Source of the DNA: Felis catus
Taxonomy: Eukaryota
Direction of reading: 5' to 3'
Length of the DNA: 64,000 nucleotides
NCBI RefSeq assembly: GCF_018350175.1
Contig: NC_058368.1
Span: forward strand, 86,120,001-86,184,000
The notes below the pieces were generated by a model. It searched no databases and had not been told where the DNA came from. It worked only from the letters and a program-made list of their open reading frames with translations. Positions 52,161 to 64,000 of this stretch are shown here, piece by piece. Positions within the stretch are counted from its first letter, which is position 1. The number at the start of each line of letters is the position of its first letter. The translations under genes were made by a program, and so were the position numbers.

Positions 52161-55100
52161 AAAAAATACATGGAGGTTAAAGGACATCTTACTCAGGAAT
52201 GGATGGATCAAGCAGGGAATTAAAGAAGAAATAAAAAAAAAATACACAGAAACAAATGATAATGAAAACAAGATGGCCCAAGACCTTTGGAATGAAGCAT
52301 AAGCTGTAGAAAAAGGGAAATATAGAGTAATAGAGGCCTCCTTCAAGAAGTAAGAAAAATCTCAAATACAAAAACTAAGCTTACACCTGAAAGAGCTATG
52401 TAAACAACAACAAACAAAGCCTCAAACCAGCAGAATAAGAGAATTAAGACAGATTAGAGCAGAAATTTATGATAGAGAAAATAATGAGGAAAAAAAGAAC
52501 AGGCGAATGGGAAAAGGATCTGGTTGAGAAAACTAATAACATTTATAAACTCCTAGCCAGGTTTATCAAAAAGAAAGAGAAAGGACCTCAATAAATAAAA
52601 TCACCAATAAAGGAGGAGAGATCACAACAAACACTACATTAATACAATTATAAGAGAATGTCATGAAACATCATATGTCAAGAAACTGGGCAACTTGGTA
52701 TAAATGTACAAACTCCTAGAAACATATAAACTACCAAATTTAAATGGAAAGAAATTGAAAACTTGAACAGACCAATAACCACCACCAACAACAAAAATGG
52801 AATCATTAATCAAAAATCCCCCAACAAAAAAAGTTCAGGGCAAGAGTCTTCACAAGTGAATTTCAACAAAAATGTACAGAAGACTTAATACCTATTTTTC
52901 TAAAAATGTTCCAAAAAATAGAAACAGAAAGAAAACTTCCAAACTCATTCTATGAGGCCAGCATTATTGTGATTCCAAAACCAGATAAAAATCCCACAAA
53001 CAGGGAAAATTAAAGGCCAATATCCCTCAACAATATCCCTCAAGTAGAAAATTGAATCTAAGGTACATTAATAGAATTATTCACCATGATCAAGTGGGAT
53101 TTATTCCTGGGCTGCAAGTGTGGTTCAATATTTGCAAAATCAATCAACATGATACACCACGTTAACAAAATAAAGAATAGGGACAATACATTCCTCTAAA
53201 TGGATGCAGAAAAAGAATTTAACAAAGTACAGCATCAAATATTTAAAAAAAACATAAACCTCAATAAAGTAGAGATAGAGGGAACATGCTGCAACATCAT
53301 AAAGGCCATAAGGAAAAGGCACACAGCTAATATCATCTGATATGGAGAAAAACTGAGAGGTTTTCCTCCATGATACAGGAGCATGACAGTAATACCCACT
53401 CTCAGCAGTTATTAAAAATACTACTAGAAATTCTAGCCTGAGATATCAGATGACAAAAAGACATATAAAGCATCAAAATTGGCAACAAAGAAGTCAAATA
53501 CTCACTATTTGCAGACAACATGATACTGAATATAGAAAATTGTCAAAATGTCTATACTACCAAAAAATTGCCATATTTAATGCAAACCCTAACAAAATGC
53601 ACCAGCATTTTTCAGAGAGATGGAATATTTCTAAGAATTTATGGAACCACAGAAGACCTGGAATAGCAAAAACAACCTTGAAAATGAAAAGAAAAGCTGG
53701 AGACATCATAATTCCAGACTTCAAGTTATATTACAAAGTTGTAATGATCAAGACAATATGATACTGGCACTACAACAGACCCATACATCAATGGAAAAGA
53801 ATAGAAAACCCGGAAATGGACCCACAATTATATGGGCAACTTATCTTTGACAAAATAGGAAAGAATATCCAATGTGAAGAAGACAGTCTCTTGTACAAAT
53901 GATGTTGGGAAAACTTGAAAGCAAGAGGCTAAAGAAGGAAAAGGACCACTCTGAATACCATACACAAAAGTAAATTAAAAGAGGGTAAGATGCATAAATG
54001 TTAGTGAGGAAATCATTGAAATCCTAGAGGAGAAAACAGGCAGTAACCTCTTTCACATTGGCCATTACTAGCTGTTTCTCCAGAGGCAAGGAAAACAAAA
54101 GCAAAAACAAACTATTGGAAATTTACCAAGATAAAGCCTCTCTACAGTGAAGAAAACAATCAAACTAAAAGGAGACATTTGGAATAGGAGGAGATATTTA
54201 CAATTGACATATCTGGTAAAGGGTTATTATCCAAAATAGATGAAGAACTTTTAAAACTCCATCAAAACAACAAATAATACAGTTAAAAAATGGGCAAATG
54301 ATATGAATATACACTTTTTTTCTAAAGAAAGGTGTTAATGGCTAAGAGAAGCAAGAAAAGATGGTCAATATCACTCATCAATAAGGAAACACAAATCAAA
54401 AGTAAAATTAAATATCACCTCAAACCAGTGAGAAGGGCCAGAATTAACAACACAGGAAAAAACAGATGTTGGCAAGGATACACAGAAAGGGGAACCCCCT
54501 TACACTGTTGATGGGAATGCAAACTGGTTGAACCACTTGGAAAACAGTATGTAAATTCCTCAAAAAGTTAAAAATAGAACTACCATAAGATCTAGCAATT
54601 GCACTACTAAGTATTTACCCAAAGGATACAAAAAATACTGATTTAAAGGCGTACATGCATCTGTTGTGTTTAGAAGCATTATCTAATATATCCAAACTAT
54701 GCAAATTTGCAAAAAAAAAAAGCGCTCAAATTCCCATAAACTGATGAATCAATAATGAACATGTGAAAAAAATATACATATACATAATGTATATGTAATG
54801 TAATGTATAATGTAATGTGTGTGTGTGTGTGTGTGTGTGTATAATGGAATATTACTCAGCAATAGAAAAAAAAAGAATGAAATCTTGCCATTTGGGAAGT
54901 CATGGATGTAGCTAGAGATTATCATGCAAGGTGAAATAAGTCATTCAGAGAAAGACACACACCATATGATTTCATTCAAATGTGGAATTTAAGAAACAAA
55001 ACAAATGAACACATGAAGGGAAAAGAGAGAGAGGCAAACCATAAAACTGATTCTTAAGTAGACAACAAACTGAGGGTTGCTGGAGGGAAGGTGGGCTGAC

Positions 55101-57719
55101 CAATGGGTTAAATGAGTGATGGGTATTAATGAGGGCACTGGTTGTGATGGGTAACGGGTATCTATAGAACCGATGAATGACTAAATTCTACTTCTGAAAC
55201 CAATACTGCACTGTATTTCAACTAACTGGAATTTAAGTAAAGACTTGAAACTCAAATTAAAAAAAAACAGCATTTTCATTTTGGGAGGTAAATACCCAGT
55301 GGTGGATTTATGGATCATATGGTGTTTCTATTTTTAAATTTTTGCACAATCTCCATACTGTTTCCCCCAATGGCTCCACCAGGTTACATTCCCACCAACA
55401 GTGTCTGAGAGTTCCCTTTACCCCCTCGTCATCTATGTTATTTCTTGTCTTTTTGGAACCAGCCATTTGAACAAGTGTAAGGTGATAATCTTAGGGTGTT
55501 TTTGATTTGTAAATTGTTTATAATTACTAATGTTGAATATATTATCAAGTATATGTTGACAATCTGTTTGTTTTCTTTAGAAAAAAATGTCTATTCAGGT
55601 CCTCTGCCCATTTTTAAATCAGATTGTTTTTGGTATTGTTCATGCTGTATAAATTCTTTACATATTTGGATATTAACCTCTTCTTGGATATATTATTTGC
55701 AAACTTCTCTCATTCAAGGATTTGCCTTTATATTTTGTTGATGACTTCCTTTTCTGTTGAAGAATTTTTACCTTAGTGTTGTCCCAGTACTTTATTTTTG
55801 CTTTTATTTTTCCTTTCCTGGGGCAATATGTTCATAAATATGATGCTAAATTAATGACCAAGAGATTACTGCCTCTGTTTTCTTTTAGAAGCTTTATGAC
55901 TTCAGGTCTCACATTTAGATCATCAATCCATATTTATTGTATTTTTGTGTATTGTGTAAGAAAGTGGTCCAGTTTCATTCTTTCACATATACCTGTGCAG
56001 TTTTCTCAACACCACTTGTTGAAAAACCTTGTTTTCTCATATATTCTTGCATCTTCTGTCATAGGTTGACTATATACATGTGGGCTTATTTCTGTGCTCT
56101 GTATCCTATTCTATTGATCTATGTGTCTATTTTTGTGTTAGTACTATACTGCCTTGATTACTGCAGTTTGTAGTCTATCATTAAATCTGCCATTGTGATT
56201 CCATTATCTTTGTTCTGAAATCAAGATTTCATTAGTTATACAAGTTTTTTTTTTCTGTGATTCCATAGAAGTTTTAGGATTATTTGTTCAAGTTATTTTA
56301 AAAGATGTTATTGGCATTTTGTTGGATTTGTACTGAAACTTTAGGTTGCTTTAGGTAGGATGGACATTTTAAATATATAAATTATTCTAAAAAGCAAGCA
56401 TAATACATTTTTCCATTTGCTTGTGTCATTGCAATTTGAATATACTATTATTATTATTATTATTGTCTAATTGTGGCAGCTAGGATTTTCAGCAACTACT
56501 ATGAGGAATAAAAGTGGTAAGACTGAATATCCCTGTCATATTCAAAACTTAGAGGGAAAGATTTCAGTTTTTCACTATTGTATGATGTTAGATTGAATTT
56601 TTTATATATCACCATTATTATGTTGAGATATTTTCCCTCTAAATCCACTTTGTTGAGAGTTTTTATCAGGAAGGAATGTCGTAATTTGACAAATCCTTTT
56701 TCTTCCTCTAGTGAGATGATCATATGTTTTTTATCCTTTCTCTTATTAATGACATTAATCACATTGATTGGTATGTGAATGGTGAAAACATGCTTGCATC
56801 CCTGAAATAATTACTACTTGATCATGGTTAGTGATTTTTTTAATGTATTGTTGAATTTGGCTTTGCTAATATATATTTTTTTGGTAATTTTCATGCATGT
56901 TCATCATAGATACTAGCCTGTAGTTGTATTTTTGTTTTTTGTTTGTTTTTTGTTTGTTTGTTTTTGTTTATTTTTAGTATTTTGTTTTGTTCTGTTTTTC
57001 TGTACCTTTGGTTTGGTCTCAGGGTAATGCTAACCTCATAGAAAGAATTTGAATGCTTTCTTCCATATTCTATTTTTTAATATAGTTTCAGAAGAATAGG
57101 TATTAATGCTGCTTTAGATGTTTGGTAGAACTTACCAGTGACACCATTAGTCCTGGACTCCTGTTTGTTAAAAGTTTATTAATTACTAATTTTATTATTA
57201 TTAAGTGGCTTTTCAAATTTTCTATTTTTCCTGATCAAGTTTTGGAACTTGGTATCTTTCTAGGAATTTACCTATTTTTTTCTAGGTTGTCCAATTTGTT
57301 GGCATTTTTTTAAATAATATTCTCTTATAATCTTTGCAAACCTGCTTTGTTTTTTTTCCATTATCTGATTTTATTTATTGTGTCCTCTCTTTTTTTTTTT
57401 TCTTGATAAACCAGGCTATAAATTTACCAATTTTGTCTAACTTTTCAAAGAAACAGCTCTTGGTTTCATTTATATTTTCAACTTTTGTCTCTATTTCATT
57501 TACCTCTGCTCTAATCTTCATTTTCAGTAGCATTTTTGGTTGTCCTTTCCCTTTCTAGCTCCTTTAGCAGTAAGTTTAGATTGATTACTTGAGAACCCAC
57601 AGCTAACATTATACTTAATAGTGAAAAGCTGAAAACTTTTCCTCCACGTTCAGAACATGACAAGTATGTCCATTCTCAACATCTTTTTACAACATAGAAT
57701 GCTTATGCATTCTAAAATG

Positions 57720-59960
57720 CTGAGGCATTTTAACAGTATGGATTCATTATAACCATAACCATAGAAATTTTTTCCCATTTCCTTGTGTCTTCTTCGATAT
57801 CTTTCATCAGCATTTTGTAGTTTTTAGATTACAAATCATTCACCTCTCTGGTTAGGTTTATTCCTAGGTATCTTATGGTTGTTGGTGCAATTATAAATAG
57901 GATCAATTATTTAGTTTCTTTTTCTGCTGCTTCATCGTTGATGTATTAGGAATTCAACATTTCTGCACATTTCTATACATTGTACTTCTGTACAAGATTT
58001 CTGTACATTGATTGTGTATCCTATGGTTTTATTGGATTCCTGTATCATTTCTAGGAATTTTTTCATGGAGTCTTTTGGGTTGTCTATATCATTTAATCTG
58101 CAAGTAGTGAAAGACTGACTTTTTCCCTATCTATTTGGATGCTTTTTATTTCTTTAACTGTCTGATTGCTGAGGCTTGTACTTTCAGTGTCAAATAACAG
58201 TGATGAGAATGGATATCCCTGTTTTGTTCCTGACTGTAGATGAAAATCTTTCAATTTTTCTCTAGTGAGATGATGTTAACTATGGGTCTTTCATATATGG
58301 CCATTATTTTTTTGATGTATGTTCCCTCAATCCCTACTTTTTGAGTTTTTGTTGCCAGAGTGTGGCAAATTTTAACTAGGTATGCTCTGGTCTGCTTATT
58401 ATATGATAGCTGATGTGACTTCCAGTAGAACTGAAGCCTTGCAGGACACTGTGGTTGGGAGACACGGTGTGGACAGCATTTCTGTCGGTCCACTGAGGAA
58501 GGAACCTGCCTTGCTGGGACTGAGGCACACTTGACAGGGAATGGAAATATTGGCAGAGCACAGGGGTGTGAGACTTGGTGTAAGCAAGGTAGGCAGCCAG
58601 TCTCAGCACTGTGTATTTACTAAAGGTTGTTCTGTGTTTATACTGAGTGGTGAGGGAGACAGATATCACCAACCAACTCCTTTGTTTCCAGTGAGGGGTT
58701 CTTGTGTCTGCTGCTCTCAGAGAAGCACTCATTGAAGAGTGAATAATCTCCCCTCTGTGTGTTCCCTGTGTTTTTCAGATTCTCATTTCCATGCTGTCCG
58801 TCCCTAGGTAGTTTGCCTGTCTTCTAGCAATGAGCATTGCAGGGTCCATTCCAGGAAAGGCTCCCAACTTTGAAAACAACAGACTTTAGGGACATGGTTT
58901 GGGCAGGGGCTGCACTGGTCTTCTGGAAGAGGGTTTCATCTCACTGAGACTGATGCAGGTTTTGCTGATAAGGGCAATCACAGGCTAGGAAGACAGTGTC
59001 AGGGTTGAGCTGCCTTTGACAGAAGGCTTTGTAATTATTATCAATGGTGTGGGAGGGAAGTGGAACATTCTGAAACTTTTGTCCCTGTAGAGGGGTCCCT
59101 ATGAATGCCACCTGCCACTCAAGTGCTCCAAGAAGAATAACAGTCCCTACTTGTATTCCCCAAGCATTCCTCCAGCCAAGCCACCTGCCCTTGTGGTGTT
59201 TGCCTGTCTTGTCCACAGGAGTAGGACAGTACTTTTTGTTCTGTATCCCAGTTAAGCCTCCTGACGTTAAAAACTCCAGGCTTTGGGGCGCCTGGGTGGC
59301 GCAGTCGGTTAAGTGTCCGACTGCAGCCAGGTCACGATCTCGTGGTCCGTGAGTTCGAGTCCCGCGTCGGGCTCTGGGCTGATGGCTCAGAGCCTGGAGC
59401 CTGTTTCCGATTCTGTGTCTCCCTCTCTCTTTGCCCCTCCCCCGTCTCTTCATGCTCTGTCTCTCTCTGTCCCAAAAATAAATAAACGTTGAAAAAAAAA
59501 ATTAAAAAAAAAAAAAAAAAAAAAAAAACACAACTCCAGGCTTTAAGCCCTACTGGATTAAAAAAAAAAAAAAAAAAAAAATTCTAGGAAATAAGCTCCT
59601 TTGTTATTCCCAGTCAATGGCTTTGAGGGAGTGTCCTCCTTGGGCATTCCCCTGCATAATCCTCTCTCTCTCTCTCTCTCTCTGTCTCTGTCTTTGTCTC
59701 TGTCTCTCTCTCTCTTGTCTTTCTCTGCAACCAGGGGTCCCTCCCTTCCACAGTGCCCAGGATCCATGCCTCCCCCAAACCATGTCTTTGCATTTCCTAC
59801 TTTCCTCAATGTCGCCTTTTCTCTCCCTCTAGTTGTGAAGTTGTTCTGTCAGTCTTCAGGTCAATTTCATAGGTATTCAGAATGATTTGACAGCCATCTA
59901 GTTTTGTTTAAGTAATGAGAAAAGCTTAAAGTTCTCCTACTATGCAATCATCTTAGCTCT
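57720..59960 (-). mobile_element. Rearranged LINE-1 'G': 5'UTR joined directly to an ORF2 RT fragment
   Basis: 5'-end-like ctcctac...catcttagctc near 59935-59960. The 5'UTR runs to ~58355 and RT-region sequence (KVGIEGTY) from there to 57720. Confidence 0.75.
59285..59530 (+). mobile_element. Young CAN-SINE with long A tail
   Basis: TSD aactccaggcttt at 59272-59284 and 59532-59544. Confidence 0.95.
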
Positions 59961-61229
59961 GAAGCAGGAAACCTTGAAAAGGAAGGAAAAGCTCATGGTA
60001 TCACCCTTCTGTATACCATAATGTACTGTAAAGCTATAATAATGAGAAGAGTACTTTATTGGCACAAATGTGGATAAATAGATACATGAGCACAACAGAA
60101 TAGCCCCCAAATAAGTCCTCACTTATATGGACAATTATTCAGTGACAAAAGAGGCAAGAATATACAATGGGGAAACTATCCATTCAATAAACGATGTTGA
60201 GAAAACTAAAAAGATACTTGCAAAAGAATGAAATTTGACCACTCTCACACCATAAACAAAAGTAAATTGATAGTGGGTGGGAAGACATAAATGTAGTATC
60301 TAAACCATAAAAGTCTTAGAAGAAAACATAAGCAGTGAGTTCTTTGACAAAAGTCTGAGCAATATTTACTTGAATCTGGTTCCTCAGGCAAGGACAGCAA
60401 AAACAAAAACAAACTATTAGGACCATATCAAACAATTTTTTTCACAGCCAATGTAACTATTAACAAAATGAAAACACAACCCACTTAATGGGAATAGATA
60501 TTTTCAAATTATGTATCTAATAAGGGATTCACTATGAAAATATATAACAAACTCATACAATTCAATATGAAAAACTCAAGCAACCCAATTTAAAAATGGG
60601 CAAATATCTGACTGGAATTTTCAAAAAAGACGTACAGATATACAATGGTTACAGGAAAATATGCTAAACATCACTAACCATTAGGAAAATATATATCAAA
60701 GCCACAGTAATATATAATCTCACATCTATCACCATGACTAATATCAAAAGGACAGGAAACAACAAGTCGTAAATATGTGGAAAGGGGATAATGTGAACTG
60801 TTGGGAATATAAATTGGTGCAGCCATTATTGAAAACTGCTTGAGGATATTCAAAATAAATAAAATTGAATTATCACATTATCCAGTAATTCCAGTACAAG
60901 GTAATTATCTAAAAATTAAAAACACAAATTTAAAAAGCATTTCTATGTTTATTACAACATTACTTACATAGCCAAGATATGGAAGAAACATAAATGTCCA
61001 ATGATTGTTGAATGGATAAATAAAACATAGTGTGTGTATACATATATATGTTTATATCTATATAATGGAATATTACTTAGCCATAAAATGAATTAAGAAA
61101 GAATGAGATATTGCCATTTGAGACAGTATGGATGTACCTAGATAGTACTATGCTAAGTGAAATAGTTCAGATGAAGAAAGCCAAATACCATATGATTTCT
61201 TTTGCATGTGGAATCTAAAAATCAAAACA

Positions 61230-61445
61230 GAGACACCTGGGTGGCTCAGTTGATTGAACGTCTGACTTCTGCTCAGGTCATAATCTCTTGGTTTGTGAGT
61301 CCGAGCCCTAGTTTGGGTTCTGTGCTGACATCTCAGAGCCTGGAGTCTTCTTTGGATTCTGTATCTCCCTCTCTTTCTCCTCCCTGCCCACACTTGTGCT
61401 CTCTCTCTCTCTCTCTCTCTCGCTCTCAAAAATAAATAAACATTA
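61230..61445 (+). mobile_element. CAN-SINE inside L1 'H'
   Basis: cacctgggtggctcagt head, (CT)n tract, aataaataaaca tail. Confidence 0.9.
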
Positions 61446-61628
61446 TTTTTTAATACAAATAAAAATTAAAACAAACTAAGGAACAGAACAAAACAAACTG
61501 TGGTTTTAGATGCAGAGAATAACTGATGGTTGTTATAGAGGATATTGGTGGGGGAATAAATGAAATGAGTAAAGGGAAATAACAGGTGCTATCTCTCAGT
61601 AACAAAATATATTTAGAAAACGGGTATA

Positions 61629-61922
61629 GTTTCTCAGGATCCACATAAGAGTGAAAACATATGGTATCTGTCTTTCTCTGTATGACTTACTTCACTTAGC
61701 ATGGGGGAGGGGAAGGAAAAAAAAAAGTTAGAGAGGGAGGGACCCAAAACATAAGAGACTTAAAAACTGAGAACAAACTGAGGGTTTCATGGGGGGTAGG
61801 AGGGAGGGGAGGTTGAGTGATGGGTATTGAGGAGGGTACCTGTTGGGATGACCACTGAGTGTTGTATGGAAACCAATTTGACAATAAATTTCATATTAAA
61901 AAAAAACTAAAAAATAAAATTA
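61629..61922 (+). mobile_element. Short L1_Fc-like insertion with 5' inversion inside L1 'H'
   Basis: 61629-61702 is antisense and 61700-61922 is sense 3'UTR plus tail. TSD aaaa(c/t)gggtata at 61617-61628 and 61923-61934. Confidence 0.92.
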
Positions 61923-62646
61923 AAAATGGGTATATAATGTACAGCATAGGGAATATAGTCAATACTATTCTATTATATTTGTATGGCGGTCAATAATAAC
62001 TAGACTCAATTTGCTCATGATTTCATAAAACATAAATATTCAATCACTACCTTTTGGTAGTGGAAACTAATAAAGTATATCCGGTCAATTATGCTTCAGT
62101 TAAAAAAAAAAATCTTGCTGTGTGAACAAGGGTTTAAGATAATAACATTTTGCACTCTCCTAAGCATAGAGATATGATTTTGGAGATACATACTTTACTC
62201 TCATTCTCTTTGAATGACCTCCTCCAACTGTTATAAATGTAGTTAATAGTGTCAGAAAGAGATTTATTCAAACAGTTTGAAAAATTTTAAAAGCATTTGG
62301 CAATACTTGTTACAGTGTTGTCCTTTGGGGATATTTTAATGTAAGACAGTTCAGAACTACTAAATACCCAACAGGTCCACTATTCTCGAGAGAATATCAT
62401 CCTGGGCAGTGTTAGAGGGTCATGACTCAGACCTCTCTGAATCATAGTACAGGTTCTCAAAACTCTGTGAATAAGCTCTATGAGGATGAAACTTGTATTT
62501 ACTTGTTATCCAGCTGCACAACACATGGCTCACAGATACAAAATATAGTTTCCAACCTCCATCTGTAATAAACTGCATCACCTTCACAGAGCAGTGAACT
62601 CTCAGAATTTTTAGTTTCACTCTAATTTGTGTATTTCCTCTTAAAG

Positions 62647-62667
62647 GTAAACTCCGGAAAGAATATG
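62647..62667 (+). pseudogene. 21-nt heptad micro-exon, (G)KLRKEY
   Basis: tttcctcttaaag|GTAAACTCCGGAAAGAATATG|gtaagt. Phase 1-1 with a consensus donor; resembles the 47174 exon. Confidence 0.75.
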
Positions 62668-62821
62668 GTAAGTCATTCATTATTTCCTTGTGTATATCAT
62701 ATTGATCACGGTATAAAAAGTCAGGCCTTTTTTGAAGGAAAGTTTTAAGAGAAAAACACTTGGTAAAGATATAAGTATATAAATACCACTTTGGAATTTG
62801 GGATTGTGCATTTCCTTTCAT

Positions 62822-63056
62822 TTTTTTTTCTTTTTTAAAAAAATTTTAAAGGTTTTTACTTTATTATTGAGAGACAGAGAGAGACAGAGCATGAGCAGGT
62901 GAGAGGCAGAGATAGGAGGAGACACAGAATCTGAAGCAGGCTCCAGGCTCCATGCCGTCAGCACAGGGCCTGACGCGGGGCTCGAACTCACAAACCACGA
63001 GATCATGACCTGAGCCAAAGTTGGATGCTCAACCGACTGAGACACCCAGGCGCCCC
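62822..63056 (-). mobile_element. CAN-SINE
   Basis: T-rich tail, gagatcatgacctgagccaaag, ends cccaggcgcccc. Confidence 0.93.
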
Positions 63057-64000
63057 TCATTTTTTCTTAATTAGGTTGTTCAAGTGTCCATGAGCTCTAT
63101 TAGGTCATGCTGTGTCTAATCCCTTGAAGTTTGCAAATGTTGCTTTGATTCTACAGAGAGGAGAAACTGGGTAATACTTGAGGAAAATACTAAAGGAAGG
63201 TCTGCAGTTAAATCTACCAGATATACTGAAAAGGTACAGGGTGCTACATTTCAATGCACAGCACAGCCTTGTCTACTATCCAAATCTCTACTAATGTTAG
63301 CTATTCTCACTTTTTGTTGTTTGTTTGAAGTGCATGTTTTACTTGCTAACCCACTTTCACTGGAATTGAGAAAAGGAAGCTTGTATAAAATGTACTTGGA
63401 GAACATTTTTTTTCTCTTCTGCATTTTCAAAATTTCCTCATGTCTTGAGGATTCTTTCTTACCTATTCTGACCCACTCAAATTTAAAAAATTTTCCTCAT
63501 GTACCACACACCAGTTTCCAAAGTAGAAATTGCTGTTTGTGTTATCATCAGACTATGCTCCTAGATGAAGCATTAGAGGAAAATTATGTCTTTCAATGCC
63601 CAGGATTTCTTCTTGGGATGAGCAATAAAGACTAATTAGCTGTTTCAGGTTGTTTCTGGCTCTGGATATATTCTCCTCTCAAAGGCTCACTGATCTTGTC
63701 CCAGTCTCTTGTGGTTCAAACCCCATGTATAATCTGGATGAACTTTGCTTGGGAAATATTCTAGGATGACATCCACACAATCAGCAGATGGAACAGAATG
63801 GACTGACTTAGTTCTTGGAGAAAGGAGACCGTAGATGATGGAGTTATGAGCATATTTCATGATACTATGCAGTCTCTTAGAAATTATCTATTTGAGATAA
63901 TGTACACAATGCCTTCTTTTTTATTTTTTTTTCTTCTCTAGCTTTTAATTTTCACCTACTTGCCTAATATTTTACCAAGTCAGATGTTGAAAGATTTGAG

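Larger units (their letters stand above)
49210..55268 (+). mobile_element. LINE-1 'F', near full length, decayed
   Basis: 5'UTR part, ORF1 remnant ~49988-50870, ORF2 remnant ~50950-54990 with a ~0.3 kb deletion at ~53538, 3'UTR and A tail. Confidence 0.9.
48690..57590 (-). mobile_element. LINE-1 'E' (pieces 48690-49205 and 55269-57590), split by L1 'F'
   Basis: The 3'UTR and ORF2 C-terminus lie left of F; ORF2 continues right of F after a short gap. Confidence 0.75.
59990..62112 (+). mobile_element. LINE-1 'H', 5'-truncated, carnivore-type 3' end
   Basis: Degenerate ORF2 C-terminal half; ends gtcaattatgcttcagtt(A)n. Confidence 0.85.
2580..62667 (+). pseudogene. Butyrophilin-like (BTN/BTNL family) gene, probably pseudogenised; partial (leader exon and 3' exons not seen in window)
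   Basis: Ordered, same-strand, phase-1 exons IgV (348 bp), IgC (280 bp), TM (114 bp), 21 bp, 21 bp, which is the typical butyrophilin exon layout. Lesions at the IgV acceptor, IgV Cys and IgC frame. The paralogue cannot be named from sequence alone. Confidence 0.85.

Noticed and set aside
53530..56470. Overlapping ~0.3 kb ORF2 deletions in L1 F (~53538) and L1 E (~56435) as a shared mechanism
   Set aside because: The breakpoints differ, so coincidence is sufficient.
62420..62821. 133-aa minus-strand ORF
   Set aside because: No recognisable domain; it starts at a SINE tail edge and lies antisense to the 62647 micro-exon.
63157..63170. ctacag|AGAGGAGAAACTGG|gtaata micro-exon candidate
   Set aside because: 14 nt would not preserve the frame, and the donor is modest.
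1..64000. tRNA genes, CRISPR arrays or prokaryotic-type RT/defence systems
   Set aside because: The tRNA-like heads are all SINEs with (CT)n tracts and A tails. There is no regular repeat-spacer array, and all RT sequence is L1 or ERVL.

Overview
Mammalian genomic DNA, not prokaryotic. The CAN-type tRNA SINEs and L1_Fc-like LINEs point to a feliform carnivore, most likely a cat. The only host gene visible is a + strand butyrophilin-like (BTN/BTNL family) locus. It has an IgV exon (2580-2927), an IgC exon (14798-15077), a transmembrane exon (17037-17150) and two 21-nt heptad-type micro-exons (47174-47194, 62647-62667). No signal-peptide or B30.2 exon is recognisable in the window. The locus carries three independent lesions: an AG>AA IgV acceptor, loss of the first Ig cysteine, and an IgC frameshift, so it is probably a pseudogene in this assembly. 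About two-thirds of the window (estimated from my boundaries) is LINE-1. This includes one full-length young copy with an intact ORF1, a multi-layer nested L1 stack, and two 5'-inverted (twin-primed) insertions. There is also an ERV1 gag remnant, an MLT2/ERVL provirus remnant with an inverted RT segment, about 16 CAN-SINEs, MIR/L2/MER/MLT1 relics and microsatellites. I found no convincing previously undescribed biological system. Repeat subfamily names are recognised from memory and most repeat boundaries are approximate.
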